A stretch of DNA of 56,539 bases from Myxococcota bacterium. Its GTDB lineage: Bacteria; Myxococcota_A; UBA9160; UBA4427. The stretch spans positions 1 through 56,539 of the forward strand of contig JAYZFK010000035.1 of assembly GCA_036336835.1 (NCBI GenBank), in the 5' to 3' direction. The translations under genes were made by a program, and so were the position numbers. The notes under the pieces were generated by a model. It made no database searches. It was given only the letters and a program-made list of their open reading frames with translations, and was not told the origin of the DNA. Shown here piece after piece: positions 35,980-45,583 of this stretch (positions are counted from its first letter, which is position 1; the number at the start of each line of letters is the position of its first letter).

Positions 35980-37278
35980 ATGAGCGATACGCCGAGACTG
36001 GTGTTCCGCGGCGCGAAGCTGCTCGACGGTCTCTCGCGGTCGCGCAAAGACACGTCGGTCGTAGTCGAAGCCGAGCGCATCTCCCGGGTCGCGCCGGATG
36101 CCGCGGTCGAGTCGCGGCCGGAAGATCGCGTCGTCGAAGTTGCGGGGCGCACGCTGATGCCGGGCATGTTCTCGTGTCATTTTCACTCTTCGTGGGAGGG
36201 ACTGAGCCCGATCTCGGCTCCAGCGACCGGTCTGCACGCGCCCCCGGCCTACATGGCACTGACCGCCGGCAAGAACGCGCGGGTCGCGCTCGAGCACGGC
36301 ATCACCGGGGTGATCGGGTCGAGCGTTGGCTACGGGATCGATGCTTCGCTCAAGCAGGCGATCGAGGACGGCCTCGTGCCGGGGCCCCGCATGCTGGCGG
36401 GAAGTCACGAGCTGTGTTCGACAGGCGATCTCCCGACGGGAAGCCAGGTCAATTGGCACATGCAGCTCGGGAATCTCGGCGTCGTGCGCCGGGGTGACGG
36501 GCCCGTCGCGTTCCAGCGTCTGGTTCGGGAGGAGATCAAGCAGGGCGCCGACGTGGTGAAGCTCAGCGCGACGCGTGGGCACGGCGCCGGTGCCACCGAG
36601 CCCAGCCTGGCGCTCACGGTCGTCGAGATCGAGGCGGCCGCTCGGGCGGCACACCAGCGCGGAAAGCGCTTGCGTGCCCACGCGGTGTCGAAGGAGGGAA
36701 TCCTCGCCTGTGCGCGCGCCGGCGTCGACCTGATCGACCACGCCGACCAGCTCGACGACGAGTGCATCGAGGCGATCCTCGAGCGTGATCTGACGATCGT
36801 ACCGAGCGCGATGTACGTGGTCCGGACGCTCCAGCTCTTCGACGAGGGCATGATGCAAGCATTCCTTCCCGATCCGATCCCGCCGATCTTCGAGGAAACG
36901 ATTCGCACGATGCGCAGCGACCTCGAGAACAGTGCGGTCTTTCTGCCAAGGGCGGTGCGCGCGGGCGTGCGTATCGCGAGCGGCGACGACTATGGCACCG
37001 CCTACCTGCTGCACGGCGAGTATGCGAAGGAGCACGCGTACTACGTCGACGAGGTCGGAATCGACGCGCTCGAAGTGCTGCGCTGGGCGACCCTGGCCGG
37101 CGCCGAAGCCATGGGACGTGGCGATGAACTCGGCAGCATCGAAGTCGGCAAGCTCGCCGACCTGCTCGTGGTGGACGGCGATCCGGTGAGCGACATTGCG
37201 TGTCTGCAGGATCCGGAGCGCATCGCCATCGTGCTCAAGGGCGGCAATTTCGAGAAGGGTGGGACCGCCGAGGCCTGA
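35980..37278 (+). CDS. Metal-dependent amidohydrolase (prolidase-like subtype)
   Basis: GRTLMPGMFSCHFH, GADVVK, AHA, IDHAD, GDD and GSIEVGKLADLLVVDGDP motifs. Confidence 0.92.
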   Translation: MSDTPRLVFRGAKLLDGLSRSRKDTSVVVEAERISRVAPDAAVESRPEDRVVEVAGRTLMPGMFSCHFHSSWEGLSPISAPATGLHAPPAYMALTAGKNARVALEHGITGVIGSSVGYGIDASLKQAIEDGLVPGPRMLAGSHELCSTGDLPTGSQVNWHMQLGNLGVVRRGDGPVAFQRLVREEIKQGADVVKLSATRGHGAGATEPSLALTVVEIEAAARAAHQRGKRLRAHAVSKEGILACARAGVDLIDHADQLDDECIEAILERDLTIVPSAMYVVRTLQLFDEGMMQAFLPDPIPPIFEETIRTMRSDLENSAVFLPRAVRAGVRIASGDDYGTAYLLHGEYAKEHAYYVDEVGIDALEVLRWATLAGAEAMGRGDELGSIEVGKLADLLVVDGDPVSDIACLQDPERIAIVLKGGNFEKGGTAEA

Positions 37279-37296
37279 TCGAGCGAGGGCGCTCAC

Positions 37297-38463
37297 TCAT
37301 CGCTTCCGACCCCCCTCGATGAAATGCTCGCGGTAGCGGGCGAAGTCGCGACGGATTCCGGCTTCGCTGAGGCCGAAGTCCTCGAGTCGGTAGTCGTGGG
37401 AGGGACGCTTGTCGCGTTTATTCTCGATCTGCCAGCGCTGCATTGCCGCCCGAGCCTCGGGCGTGAACTCGAGGTCGACGAAGTCGTAGACACGCCGGAT
37501 CTGGGCCAGCGGGTCGGTCAGCAGGTCCTCGTACCAGACGTCGATGAACCGGTCGTCGTGGGTCTCCCGGAAGTCGAGGCAGCGCGGCAGGGCGCGCCGC
37601 ATACGACCGCCCCAGTCCTGACCGCTCACGAGTGGATCGACGCGGTCGGAATTGGTCAGCCGAACGTTGTGACACAGGCTCGCAAACGACGGAATCGTTT
37701 CCACCGGGTCACGGTGCGTCTGGATCACCTGTACGTCGGGGAAGGTCGCGAACAGGTACTCCATGAAGCCCAGGTGGTGGGGCGTCTTCAGGACCCAGCG
37801 CTCAGCCGCGGAGCCACTCCGTTTCTTGTGCCATTGCAGTAGTTGCAGCAAGCGCTTCAGATACACATAGCCGGGTGTCTGATCCTGCTCGTCCAGCCAC
37901 TGTGAGTAACTCGGTACGTGCGCGAAGGCCTCGGTATTGGTGCTGTAGAGCGAGTGCTCCATCAGCATGATTTCTTCGTCGGGGCTGTGCGCGTCGAACG
38001 GATGCGAGGCCATCAGGTCGGGGACGGCCTCGAGCATGGTGGCGATTTCTGCCTCTGCCTTCAGGATGCGCGGATCCGTGCCCTCGAACGGATCGAGCAG
38101 TGGCGCGGGCGCTCGCGATTCCCACCAGAGCAGCGCGAATACGCGCGGGTCGCTGGCGATGGTGCGGTGCAGCATGGTGGTACCCGTGCGCCCGAGACCG
38201 ACGATCGCAAACGGGCGTACGATCTGCTCGTCGGCGATCTCGGGGTGACGCGTGAAATGCTCCTCGGCGCGCAGCCTGTTCTCGAGCAGCTGCAGCAGGC
38301 GCTCGCGCAGCGTGATGCGACCGGCCTCGTGGAGCTCGGCCTCCTGCTCGAGCGAGGCCAGCAGCCGCCGCGTCGCCTCCTCCCAGCTCGGGTCGCCAAA
38401 GTCCGAGAGGCCGCCCGCGCGCAGGCGGGCCTCCCCGACGATCGCGTCGAAGTCGAGTGTCAC
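37297..38463 (-). CDS. PAPS-dependent sulfotransferase (Sulfotransfer_3-like, mycobacterial type)
   Basis: IVGLGRTGTTMLH (5'-PSB loop), WVLKTPHHL, THRDP and Y.LEDFGL motifs. GTGA overlap with the EthD gene. Confidence 0.92.
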   Translation of the reverse strand: MTLDFDAIVGEARLRAGGLSDFGDPSWEEATRRLLASLEQEAELHEAGRITLRERLLQLLENRLRAEEHFTRHPEIADEQIVRPFAIVGLGRTGTTMLHRTIASDPRVFALLWWESRAPAPLLDPFEGTDPRILKAEAEIATMLEAVPDLMASHPFDAHSPDEEIMLMEHSLYSTNTEAFAHVPSYSQWLDEQDQTPGYVYLKRLLQLLQWHKKRSGSAAERWVLKTPHHLGFMEYLFATFPDVQVIQTHRDPVETIPSFASLCHNVRLTNSDRVDPLVSGQDWGGRMRRALPRCLDFRETHDDRFIDVWYEDLLTDPLAQIRRVYDFVDLEFTPEARAAMQRWQIENKRDKRPSHDYRLEDFGLSEAGIRRDFARYREHFIEGGRKR

Positions 38464-39146
38464 GCCCGGGAGGCCTTGGCTTCGAGCGGTGCGGGTTCGC
38501 CGCATTCGTCGATCCATAGACAGCGCACCTGCGCCTCGCCCGCCAGGCGTTGCGCGAGGTCCTCGAGGGTATCGCCGGCCGTCGCGTCGGCGTCGAACCA
38601 CAGGTGCAGCAGCACCTCCCAGGCCGGCCGGCCGAGTGGATCGCCCGGCTGCGCCGTGTCGAGCTCGCCGTAGCGAGCGATGCCCTGCCCGAGCAGGACA
38701 TCGGCCGTCTCGGCCGCGTGCTCGGCGAGCGACTGCCGCTCGCCACGGCCCTCGGTGCGCAGCAGTGCGATGGCCTTCGGCAGCAGGCTCGGAGCGGGTC
38801 GGGTTCCGGCTCCCAGCGCCCGGCGTTCGGAGCCGAAGAACGAATTGCCGGGCTTGTGCATGAAGTGCGACTCGTCCTCGCGGATTGCGGCGCCCGCTGG
38901 ACCGTCCAGGAGCGCTAGCAGCGCGTCGAGAGCGGCGCGGTCGACGTACTCGAACTCACTGATCGTGTCGAAGGGCACAGCGTCGTCGCCGTGTTCGGCG
39001 ACCACGTGGTTGCGCACGTAGTGGCGCAGGCCGGCGAGCTGCGGACGGGCGAACGGAGCGTGCTTCTCCTCGTAGTAGCGACGAAACGCACTGCGCGAGA
39101 TGTCGGATCGGCGCTGGATGAAGGCGACGCTGCGGATCTCGCTCAT
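38460..39146 (-). CDS. EthD domain-containing protein
   Basis: RRSDISRSAFRRYYEEKHAP, YVRNHV, FDTISE and IREDESHF motifs. GGAGG before ATG. Confidence 0.85.
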   Translation of the reverse strand: MSEIRSVAFIQRRSDISRSAFRRYYEEKHAPFARPQLAGLRHYVRNHVVAEHGDDAVPFDTISEFEYVDRAALDALLALLDGPAGAAIREDESHFMHKPGNSFFGSERRALGAGTRPAPSLLPKAIALLRTEGRGERQSLAEHAAETADVLLGQGIARYGELDTAQPGDPLGRPAWEVLLHLWFDADATAGDTLEDLAQRLAGEAQVRCLWIDECGEPAPLEAKASRA

Positions 39147-39231
39147 GGCGGGTCCTCCGGTGCTGGGGTCTCGCTGCGCGAGTATGCACGGGGGCGGCGT
39201 TTTTCGGCAAGCGTGCGAGACTTCGCGCGAC

Positions 39232-40461
39232 GTGCCCGCGCTCGATCCGTATCAGCGACGGCTGTTTGCCCTGCTGTCGATCGCGACCTTCTTCGAGGGC
39301 TTCGACACCATGCTCGCGAGCCTGATGCTCCCGCAGCTCGGGGCAGACTTCGGTGCCAGTCAGGCGGAGCTCTTCGACACGCTCGCGATGCTCGGGCTCG
39401 GTGCGTTGTTCGGCTTCGTCCCGCTGCGCTTCGCGGATCGCTTCGGTCGCCGCCCGCTCCTTCTGGTGTCGATTGGTGGCTACACGGTGTTATGCCTGAT
39501 GACAGCTGCGACGCGCACGCTCGGCGAGTTTGTGTTCTGTCAGTTCTTTGCGCGTATGTTCATGGTGACCGAAGTGGCGCTCGCCTACATCGTGTTGTCC
39601 GAGGAGATGCCTGCGGAGCGACGCGGGCGACTCAACGGCTTGCTCGGGGCATTTGCCAGCGCCGGGGCGATCCTGCCTGCCCTGCTGCTGCCCGTCTCCA
39701 TCGAGCTCGGCTTCGGATGGCGTGGGCTCTACGCTGCGGGCGGCGCGCTGATCGGGTTGCTGCCGCTCTACATCACCGGGCTACGCGAGCCCCGCGCCTT
39801 CGCGAGCCTGGCGCCGCGCACGCTCAGTGCGGAGTGGAGCGACCTGAAGTCACTGGTCGGGGTGCGTTACCGCCGTCGCTTCGTCGCGGCTGCCTGCGTC
39901 TGGCTCTCGATCGACTTCTGGAACTCGTGCGCGATGTTCTCGTTCTCCTTCTACGCTCAGACCGAGCGAGCCTGGACCCCAGAAGACCTGGCCCTCTGGA
40001 TCCCGCTCGGCGGTGTGCTCCAGTTCTTCGGCTACGTCGGTGCGGGACGTCTGATGGATCGCTACGGGAGGCGGCCGATCGTCCTGCTGTACCTGCTGCT
40101 CGCGAGCGCCGCATCGGCGCTCTGCTACCTCGCCCGCGGCCCACTCGTCATCGCCGGCTACTTCGGGATGCTCGCGTTGGGTGGGATGTGGGCGGTCGCC
40201 CAGACGATCTCCGCCGAGCTCTTTCCCACCGAAATTCGCGCGACGGCGGGTGGCATCACACACCACCTGATCGGCCGCCTCGGCATGACGCTGGGTCCCA
40301 AGTCGGTAGGCCTGCTCGCCGTCGCGCTGGGCAGCACGGGGGAGGCCGTCGCGCTCCTCGGCCTGTTGAATCTGCTCGCCATCCCCGTCATCGCCCGCAC
40401 GCTCCCGGAGACCGCGGGCTCGGCGTTGGCCGATCGACAGCCCGATTTCTTGGCTCCATAA
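39232..40461 (+). CDS. MFS transporter (aromatic-acid/sugar porter-like)
   Basis: FFEGFD, ADRFGRR, EEMPAERRG, MDRYGRR, AELFPTEIRATA and LPET motifs. Start uncertain (ATG at 39184 possible). Confidence 0.92.
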   Translation: MPALDPYQRRLFALLSIATFFEGFDTMLASLMLPQLGADFGASQAELFDTLAMLGLGALFGFVPLRFADRFGRRPLLLVSIGGYTVLCLMTAATRTLGEFVFCQFFARMFMVTEVALAYIVLSEEMPAERRGRLNGLLGAFASAGAILPALLLPVSIELGFGWRGLYAAGGALIGLLPLYITGLREPRAFASLAPRTLSAEWSDLKSLVGVRYRRRFVAAACVWLSIDFWNSCAMFSFSFYAQTERAWTPEDLALWIPLGGVLQFFGYVGAGRLMDRYGRRPIVLLYLLLASAASALCYLARGPLVIAGYFGMLALGGMWAVAQTISAELFPTEIRATAGGITHHLIGRLGMTLGPKSVGLLAVALGSTGEAVALLGLLNLLAIPVIARTLPETAGSALADRQPDFLAP

Positions 40462-40774
40462 GCGAGCCGCGGTTCCATGGTGCGAATGTCTCGCGGGTGT
40501 ACGCCGTGCGCCTGGCTGGTGCGGGGCGAGATCCGGCGCAGCGGGCGGAGTCGCGGCCAGCCACAGGGACGACAGGGACGCGGCCAGCGCGAGCTTCTGA
40601 TTGCGACGCGTCATCGCGCGGCCTCGGTCAGTCGGGCGGTGGTGGCCGGGTCGGCGTCCGGATACTCTGGACGCTCCGAACGGCCGCATCGCACCGACGG
40701 CGAGCTCGAGATCGGCGTCGGTGCGGCGGGACGTTCCCAAGCGCCGCGAGAACCGGCCCCGTGAGGAGACGGCC

Positions 40775-40822
40775 ATGGACAAGCTATTCAGTATCGCGTG
40801 CGGGCCCAGGGTTGAGCAGTGA
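40775..40822 (+). CDS. Possible 15-aa leader peptide (MDKLFSIACGPRVEQ)
   Basis: GAGGAG 6 nt before ATG; its TGA overlaps the downstream GTG start. Confidence 0.3.
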   Translation: MDKLFSIACGPRVEQ

Positions 40823-41292
40823 GTGCCTCGGACTGGGTAGTTCGCTTCGCGGTCTCGCCCTTTGGCGCCGCGCTCGACACCTACAGCGTGCGCTACACCG
40901 GGCACTCGGTCGTGAGCTTCGCGTTCTCGAAGGCCTACGGCAGTCCCTACAACAAGCCGCTCCTGCTCGAGACCACCGGCGCCCGGACCGGGAAGCGACG
41001 TCGGGCAGTGTTGCCCTACTTTCCGGCCGGCCAGACGATTGCGATCGTCGGGTCGCGCGGCGGCATGCCGCAGGATCCGAACTGGGTCCACAACCTGCGC
41101 GCGCACCCCGAGGTCACGGTTCGCATTGCCCGCAAGCGGCGGCGCGTGCGAGCGCGGATCGCGACTGGGGGCGAGCGGGCAGAGCTGTGGCCCCAGATCT
41201 GCGAACGGGCGCCCATCTACCTGACCTATCAGAAGCGCGCGAAGACGCGCGAGATCCCGGTCGTCGTCCTCGACGAGATCCCGGAACGTTAG
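40819..41292 (+). CDS. Deazaflavin (F420H2)-dependent nitroreductase/oxidoreductase, Ddn family
   Basis: LLLETTGARTGKRR, GSRGG..DPNWVHNLRAHP and YQKRA.TREIPVVVL motifs. Confidence 0.92.
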   Translation: MSASDWVVRFAVSPFGAALDTYSVRYTGHSVVSFAFSKAYGSPYNKPLLLETTGARTGKRRRAVLPYFPAGQTIAIVGSRGGMPQDPNWVHNLRAHPEVTVRIARKRRRVRARIATGGERAELWPQICERAPIYLTYQKRAKTREIPVVVLDEIPER

Positions 41293-41306
41293 TCGCGGGT
41301 GCGACA

Positions 41307-43790
41307 GTGGCTGGGCGCTCGCGTACACACTGGCTGATCGCACTCGCCGCTGCGCTTGCGTGCGATGCGCGGCCCGCGGCAGTCGCCGATGCACCGGATG
41401 CGTTGCCTCTGGCACAGCTCGCGTTCGCGGAGCTCGAGCTGCCGGAGTCGAGCCTGCCCGCGGGGTTCGAGCGCGAGGTCGATCTGCCGCTCGAGGGCTG
41501 GCAGCTCGCGGCCGCCGACGGGGCGAGCGGGACGTTCGTGCTCGAGCTCGAGCAGGCGGTGCCGCAGGACGCGACGCTGGTCGATCCGCGAGGTCGGGTG
41601 CTCGAGCGCAGCCGCGAGGATCAGCGGCCGCACGACGAGCGCGCGTCGTCGCGCCACGGGATCTGGAAGCTCGCCGGCGAGCGCATCGAGCTGAGCGTGC
41701 CCGGGGGCGGGCCCGAGCCGCGACCGGGCACGCACCGGCTGCGCTTTCGCAACGTGAGCGAGCGCGAGGCGAGCTGGAACCGCGGATCGCAGGAGGGGCC
41801 CGGTTTTGCTCGCCGTCAGGTGACTGTGGGGCACACGACGCGCAGCGGGCTGCTGCTGCCGGCACCCGCGCGGGTCGCCTGGGATGTCGTCGTCCCGCCC
41901 GCCGCCGAGCTCCACCTGCGCCCGGGGTTGCTGCAGGCGGACTGGCCGGACGGGCTCGAGTCCGATGGCTTCGATCTGCGGATCGAGGTCGAGCCCGCGC
42001 AGGGGGAGCCGTTCACGACCGTTCGTCGCGTGCGCGACGACGACTTCGAGTTGCTGCGCGTCGATCTGTCGCGGTTCGCGGGCGAGAGCGTGCGGTTGCG
42101 AATCGTTACCGATCCCGGTCGCAGTCCCGATCGCGACTATGCCTTCGTCGCCGAGCCTGTGCTCGCATCGCGTCGCACCGCGCCTCGGCGCGCGGTGATC
42201 GTCTTCATCGATACACTGCGGCCGGACCGGCTCGGCCTCTACGGCCACGCGGCCGACACGTCACCGACGCTCGATTCCTTTGCCGGACGGGGGGCGGTGT
42301 TCGAGCAGGCGCGGTCGGTCGCGCCGTGGACGCTCCCCGCCGTCCGCAGCCTGCTCACCGGACGTCAGCCCGAGGCCTGGGGTCGGGCCGTGACCCTGCC
42401 CGGCTTGCTCGCCTCGCGGGGCTTTGCCACGGCCATGCTGGGCGCCAATCACTTCCTGCTCGCGAGCTTCGGCAGCCAGCGCGACTGGGACTTGCATCAC
42501 GTGGTTCCCTGGGGCTCGGCCCGCGACCAGACCGATCTCGCTCTCGACTGGCTGGAGCAGGTCGAGGGGCGCGATGCGCTGCTGATCGTCCACTATATGG
42601 ATCCACACCTGCCCTACGCGGAGCCGCCCAGCTACCGCGGGCGGTTCGGCTCGACGACGGCGCCGGGCGACCTCGGCGAGCTCTACTCGCGCGAGGCCGT
42701 GGAGCAGCTCGCCGAGGGTGGCGAGCGCGATCGTCTGCGTCGCCACCTGCTCGAGCGCTACGACGCGAACATCCGCTACGTCGACGATCAGCTGGTGCGA
42801 CTATTCGCCGCCATCTCGACGGACGATCTGGTGATCGTGTTGTCGGACCACGGAGAAGAGTTCTTCGAGCACGGTGGCTTCGAGCACGGGCATGCGCTGT
42901 GGGACGAGCTACTGCGCGTTCCCCTGCTGATCTGGGGGCGTGGCGTCGTGGCGCGGCGTCACCGCGAGCCGGTCTCGCTGCTCGACGTCACACCCACCGT
43001 GCTCGACTGGCTGGGGCTCCCCACCGGAAGCCTCGATGGCCGTTCGCTCGCACCGCTGTTGCGCGGTCAGGCCGCCGGCGAGCCGCGGTCCATCGCCTTT
43101 GGTCGTCCGCTCTACGACGGGGAGGGTTGGGGCATCGTTCGCCGCGGTGAGAAGTACGTCGCGCGCCACGGCTTCGAGCGGCGCAGCCGGGTTGCCGAGA
43201 GCGCGGGCCAGGGCGAGGCCGCCGTGCGGCGCCGTGCGGTGAGCCCTGGCATTGTCGAGCCTCTGCGCGATGCCCTGGGACCGGCGCTCGGACGCGAGGT
43301 CGTGACGGCGTGGCGGCTCGTGGTCGGAGAGACGTCGCAGTGGCCGCGCGAGGACCTGATCGTCGAGCTCGAGGTGGCGGGTGGGATCGAGCGAGCCTGG
43401 TGGGCGCCCGATCCGACGCGCCGCTCTTCGGTGGCGCTCGACATCGAGCACGCGTCCGGTCGCATCGTCGCCAGCTGGCGCGCGGGCTACCGCGGTCAGC
43501 GCGAGCTGTTCGTCCAGCCTCTGGCGGGCATCGACCCCGCATCACCGCCGACGGTGCGGATCCGCCGCGGGGGCGCGAGTCGATCGGTCGGCTCGATCGC
43601 CGACCCCGAGCGCGGGATCTTCCTGCAAGGCGCCGCCGGCGCCGATCGATCGCTGTCGCTCACGCTTGCCGTCGTTCCAGCGCCAGAGCCCGGGGCGACC
43701 GAGCTGATGGCCGACGATCCGGTGCTGCGCGAGCAGCTGCGAGCGCTCGGCTACCTGGTCGGAGAAGAGCGGCCGGACGCCACGCGCTAG
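41307..43790 (+). CDS. Large sulfatase-like hydrolase/transferase lipoprotein
   Basis: Lipobox ALA-C; VFIDTLRPD, APWTLPAVRSLLTG, HYMDPHLPY, SDHGEEF.EHG..EHGH and LRALGYL motifs. Confidence 0.88.
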   Translation: MAGRSRTHWLIALAAALACDARPAAVADAPDALPLAQLAFAELELPESSLPAGFEREVDLPLEGWQLAAADGASGTFVLELEQAVPQDATLVDPRGRVLERSREDQRPHDERASSRHGIWKLAGERIELSVPGGGPEPRPGTHRLRFRNVSEREASWNRGSQEGPGFARRQVTVGHTTRSGLLLPAPARVAWDVVVPPAAELHLRPGLLQADWPDGLESDGFDLRIEVEPAQGEPFTTVRRVRDDDFELLRVDLSRFAGESVRLRIVTDPGRSPDRDYAFVAEPVLASRRTAPRRAVIVFIDTLRPDRLGLYGHAADTSPTLDSFAGRGAVFEQARSVAPWTLPAVRSLLTGRQPEAWGRAVTLPGLLASRGFATAMLGANHFLLASFGSQRDWDLHHVVPWGSARDQTDLALDWLEQVEGRDALLIVHYMDPHLPYAEPPSYRGRFGSTTAPGDLGELYSREAVEQLAEGGERDRLRRHLLERYDANIRYVDDQLVRLFAAISTDDLVIVLSDHGEEFFEHGGFEHGHALWDELLRVPLLIWGRGVVARRHREPVSLLDVTPTVLDWLGLPTGSLDGRSLAPLLRGQAAGEPRSIAFGRPLYDGEGWGIVRRGEKYVARHGFERRSRVAESAGQGEAAVRRRAVSPGIVEPLRDALGPALGREVVTAWRLVVGETSQWPREDLIVELEVAGGIERAWWAPDPTRRSSVALDIEHASGRIVASWRAGYRGQRELFVQPLAGIDPASPPTVRIRRGGASRSVGSIADPERGIFLQGAAGADRSLSLTLAVVPAPEPGATELMADDPVLREQLRALGYLVGEERPDATR

Positions 43791-44893
43791 CCGACCTCCT
43801 GGAGATCGTTGAACTTCACGACTCGCGTCTCGACCTCGGGGTGCTCGTCGGCCTCGATCCAGCGGAACAGCATCCCGCCCTGGTCGTGGCCGCAGGTCTC
43901 GATCCAGTTCGGATAACGCGGGCCCGGATTCTGGTGCGCCACGACGATGCGCACCGAGCCGTCGTCTTCGTACTGCGCGGTGTACTTGTTCACCGAGGCG
44001 GTGTGGTAGCGGTAGTCGAGCGATTCGAGCCAGAAGTTGCTGAGCTGGAAGTTCCAGGTCGAGCAGTTCGGGATCGTCTTTGCCTCGATCACCAGGGCCT
44101 CGTCTTCGGCCAGGGCCCAGCGGCTGTTCTTGTAGTGGATGTTCTTGTCGCCGCCCGCGTTCTGGCAGCGCTTCTGGTCATCGGCCGGCAGCTGGTTCGG
44201 ATGCTGCTCGAAGATGCGCATCCAGTCGACGAAGATCTCGGCGGTGTTTCGGACGAAGCTCGCTGCTGACCGGAGGTTCTGCTCGAAGCCCGCCGGGTCG
44301 AGGCGGTCGTCGCGGTCCCGGCCCAGGCACTCGATCTGGTAGCTCGCCGGCTCTTCGCTCCCGCGCACGTTGAATGTCTGCCGAACGACCATGTTGCTCG
44401 TGCTCGGCTCCATCTTCAGCCAGTTCTTCGCTTGAGGCTTCGCCGAAACGAAAATCTCGAAGCTGCCGTCGGGTTCGATCTCGAGCTGGCTGCTGTCGAT
44501 CTGTCCGGTCGGCGTCATGTGGCCGTCGTCGCCGTAGCCACCGCCGTAGCAGGCCCAGCTGATGTAGGGAACCGTCCCGCGCCTGCCGTAGATTCGGTAG
44601 TCGTGCTCGCCGCTCAGATTGGTGTTGTGATAGACGTTGTCCGGATTGTCGTTGCCGATCTTGATCGTCTCGTTCGACAGCTGGAAGAAGCGCGGATACT
44701 GCGGATCGCCCGACTCCACGAACGACTCGAGGGCCGCGCGCGCCAGGCGCGTGAGGTAGCGGAAGCCCTCCGCGCGGTCGAAGGCGCTGGTGGGCGTTCC
44801 GCCACCGAGGATGACCTCGCCCGTCGTCTCGAGGGCCTGGCAAAACTCTCGCCAGGCGGATCCGTTCGCGATTCGCTCCTCGGCTTCGTTCAT
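43787..44893 (-). CDS. DUF1214 domain-containing protein (sulfotransferase-associated type)
   Basis: AWREFC..L, RAEGFRYLTR, GNDNPDNVY, VVRQTF, WLESLDY, VVAHQNPG and NWIETCGH motifs. ATGA overlap with the upstream gene. Confidence 0.85.
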   Translation of the reverse strand: MNEAEERIANGSAWREFCQALETTGEVILGGGTPTSAFDRAEGFRYLTRLARAALESFVESGDPQYPRFFQLSNETIKIGNDNPDNVYHNTNLSGEHDYRIYGRRGTVPYISWACYGGGYGDDGHMTPTGQIDSSQLEIEPDGSFEIFVSAKPQAKNWLKMEPSTSNMVVRQTFNVRGSEEPASYQIECLGRDRDDRLDPAGFEQNLRSAASFVRNTAEIFVDWMRIFEQHPNQLPADDQKRCQNAGGDKNIHYKNSRWALAEDEALVIEAKTIPNCSTWNFQLSNFWLESLDYRYHTASVNKYTAQYEDDGSVRIVVAHQNPGPRYPNWIETCGHDQGGMLFRWIEADEHPEVETRVVKFNDLQEVG

Positions 44894-45537
44894 CGTGTCG
44901 ACTCCCTCATCCCCTCGCCGTTCGGTCCGACGACGCGACTTCGCGTCGCGTCGAAGTGGCCGACCTCGTTCAGCGAGAGTACCGGTGCCCGGCCGTCGGC
45001 CGAGATCGCCACGCGCGAGAAGGACGCAAACGGCGGGTTTGCGAAGGCCCAGCGCTGCGAGACCCCCGTGATGTGTGCGGCGAGGACACCGATCACGCCG
45101 CCGTGGCAGGCGACGGCGACGTGCTCGCCGGGAGGCTGCGAGAGGATGCCCTCCCACGCCGCGACCACACGCTGGGTGAAGTCCTCGAACGAGTCCCAGC
45201 CGATGTCGTTCCAGCGCTGCTCCTGGATTGCCTTCCAATAGTCGGGGAAGCGCTCGGGCATGACCTGGAAGGGGGCGTAGACGGTCGAGCGGCGATCGAT
45301 CTCGTCGAGGCCGGCGATCTCGACCGGCTCGACACCGAGCCTCGCCACCAGCGGTACCACCGTCTGCTTGGCGCGGGCCTTCGAGCTCGTGATCACGCAG
45401 TCGATCGGCTCGCAAGCCAGCCAGTCGCTCACGCGCTCCGCCTGCCACCGACCGAGCTCAGACAGCTCGGGGTCGGCGGGCTCGCCCTGGGTCTCGACGA
45501 TGACAGGCTCGCCGTGCCGGATCAGGATCAGCTCCAT
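44890..45537 (-). CDS. Histidine phosphatase (phosphoglycerate mutase-like) family protein
   Basis: LIRHGEP, RAKQT, ACHGGVI and LSLNEVGH motifs. Confidence 0.93.
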   Translation of the reverse strand: MELILIRHGEPVIVETQGEPADPELSELGRWQAERVSDWLACEPIDCVITSSKARAKQTVVPLVARLGVEPVEIAGLDEIDRRSTVYAPFQVMPERFPDYWKAIQEQRWNDIGWDSFEDFTQRVVAAWEGILSQPPGEHVAVACHGGVIGVLAAHITGVSQRWAFANPPFASFSRVAISADGRAPVLSLNEVGHFDATRSRVVGPNGEGMRESTR

Positions 45538-45583
45538 GGGAACCGCAGTATGCCAGCCGGCGGGCCGCGAGAGCCGGCCGCGA

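Noticed and set aside
40462..40614. Minus-strand signal-peptide-like start MTRRNQKLALAASLSSLWLAA
   Set aside because: It runs straight into the antisense strand of the MFS gene with no recognisable domain. At most a remnant, and not supportable.
38991..43790. 1599-aa ORF suggesting a giant fusion protein
   Set aside because: The first 772 codons are low-complexity Arg/Ala/Pro read-through over the MFS and Ddn genes in other frames. Recognisable sequence begins at the signal peptide at 41307.
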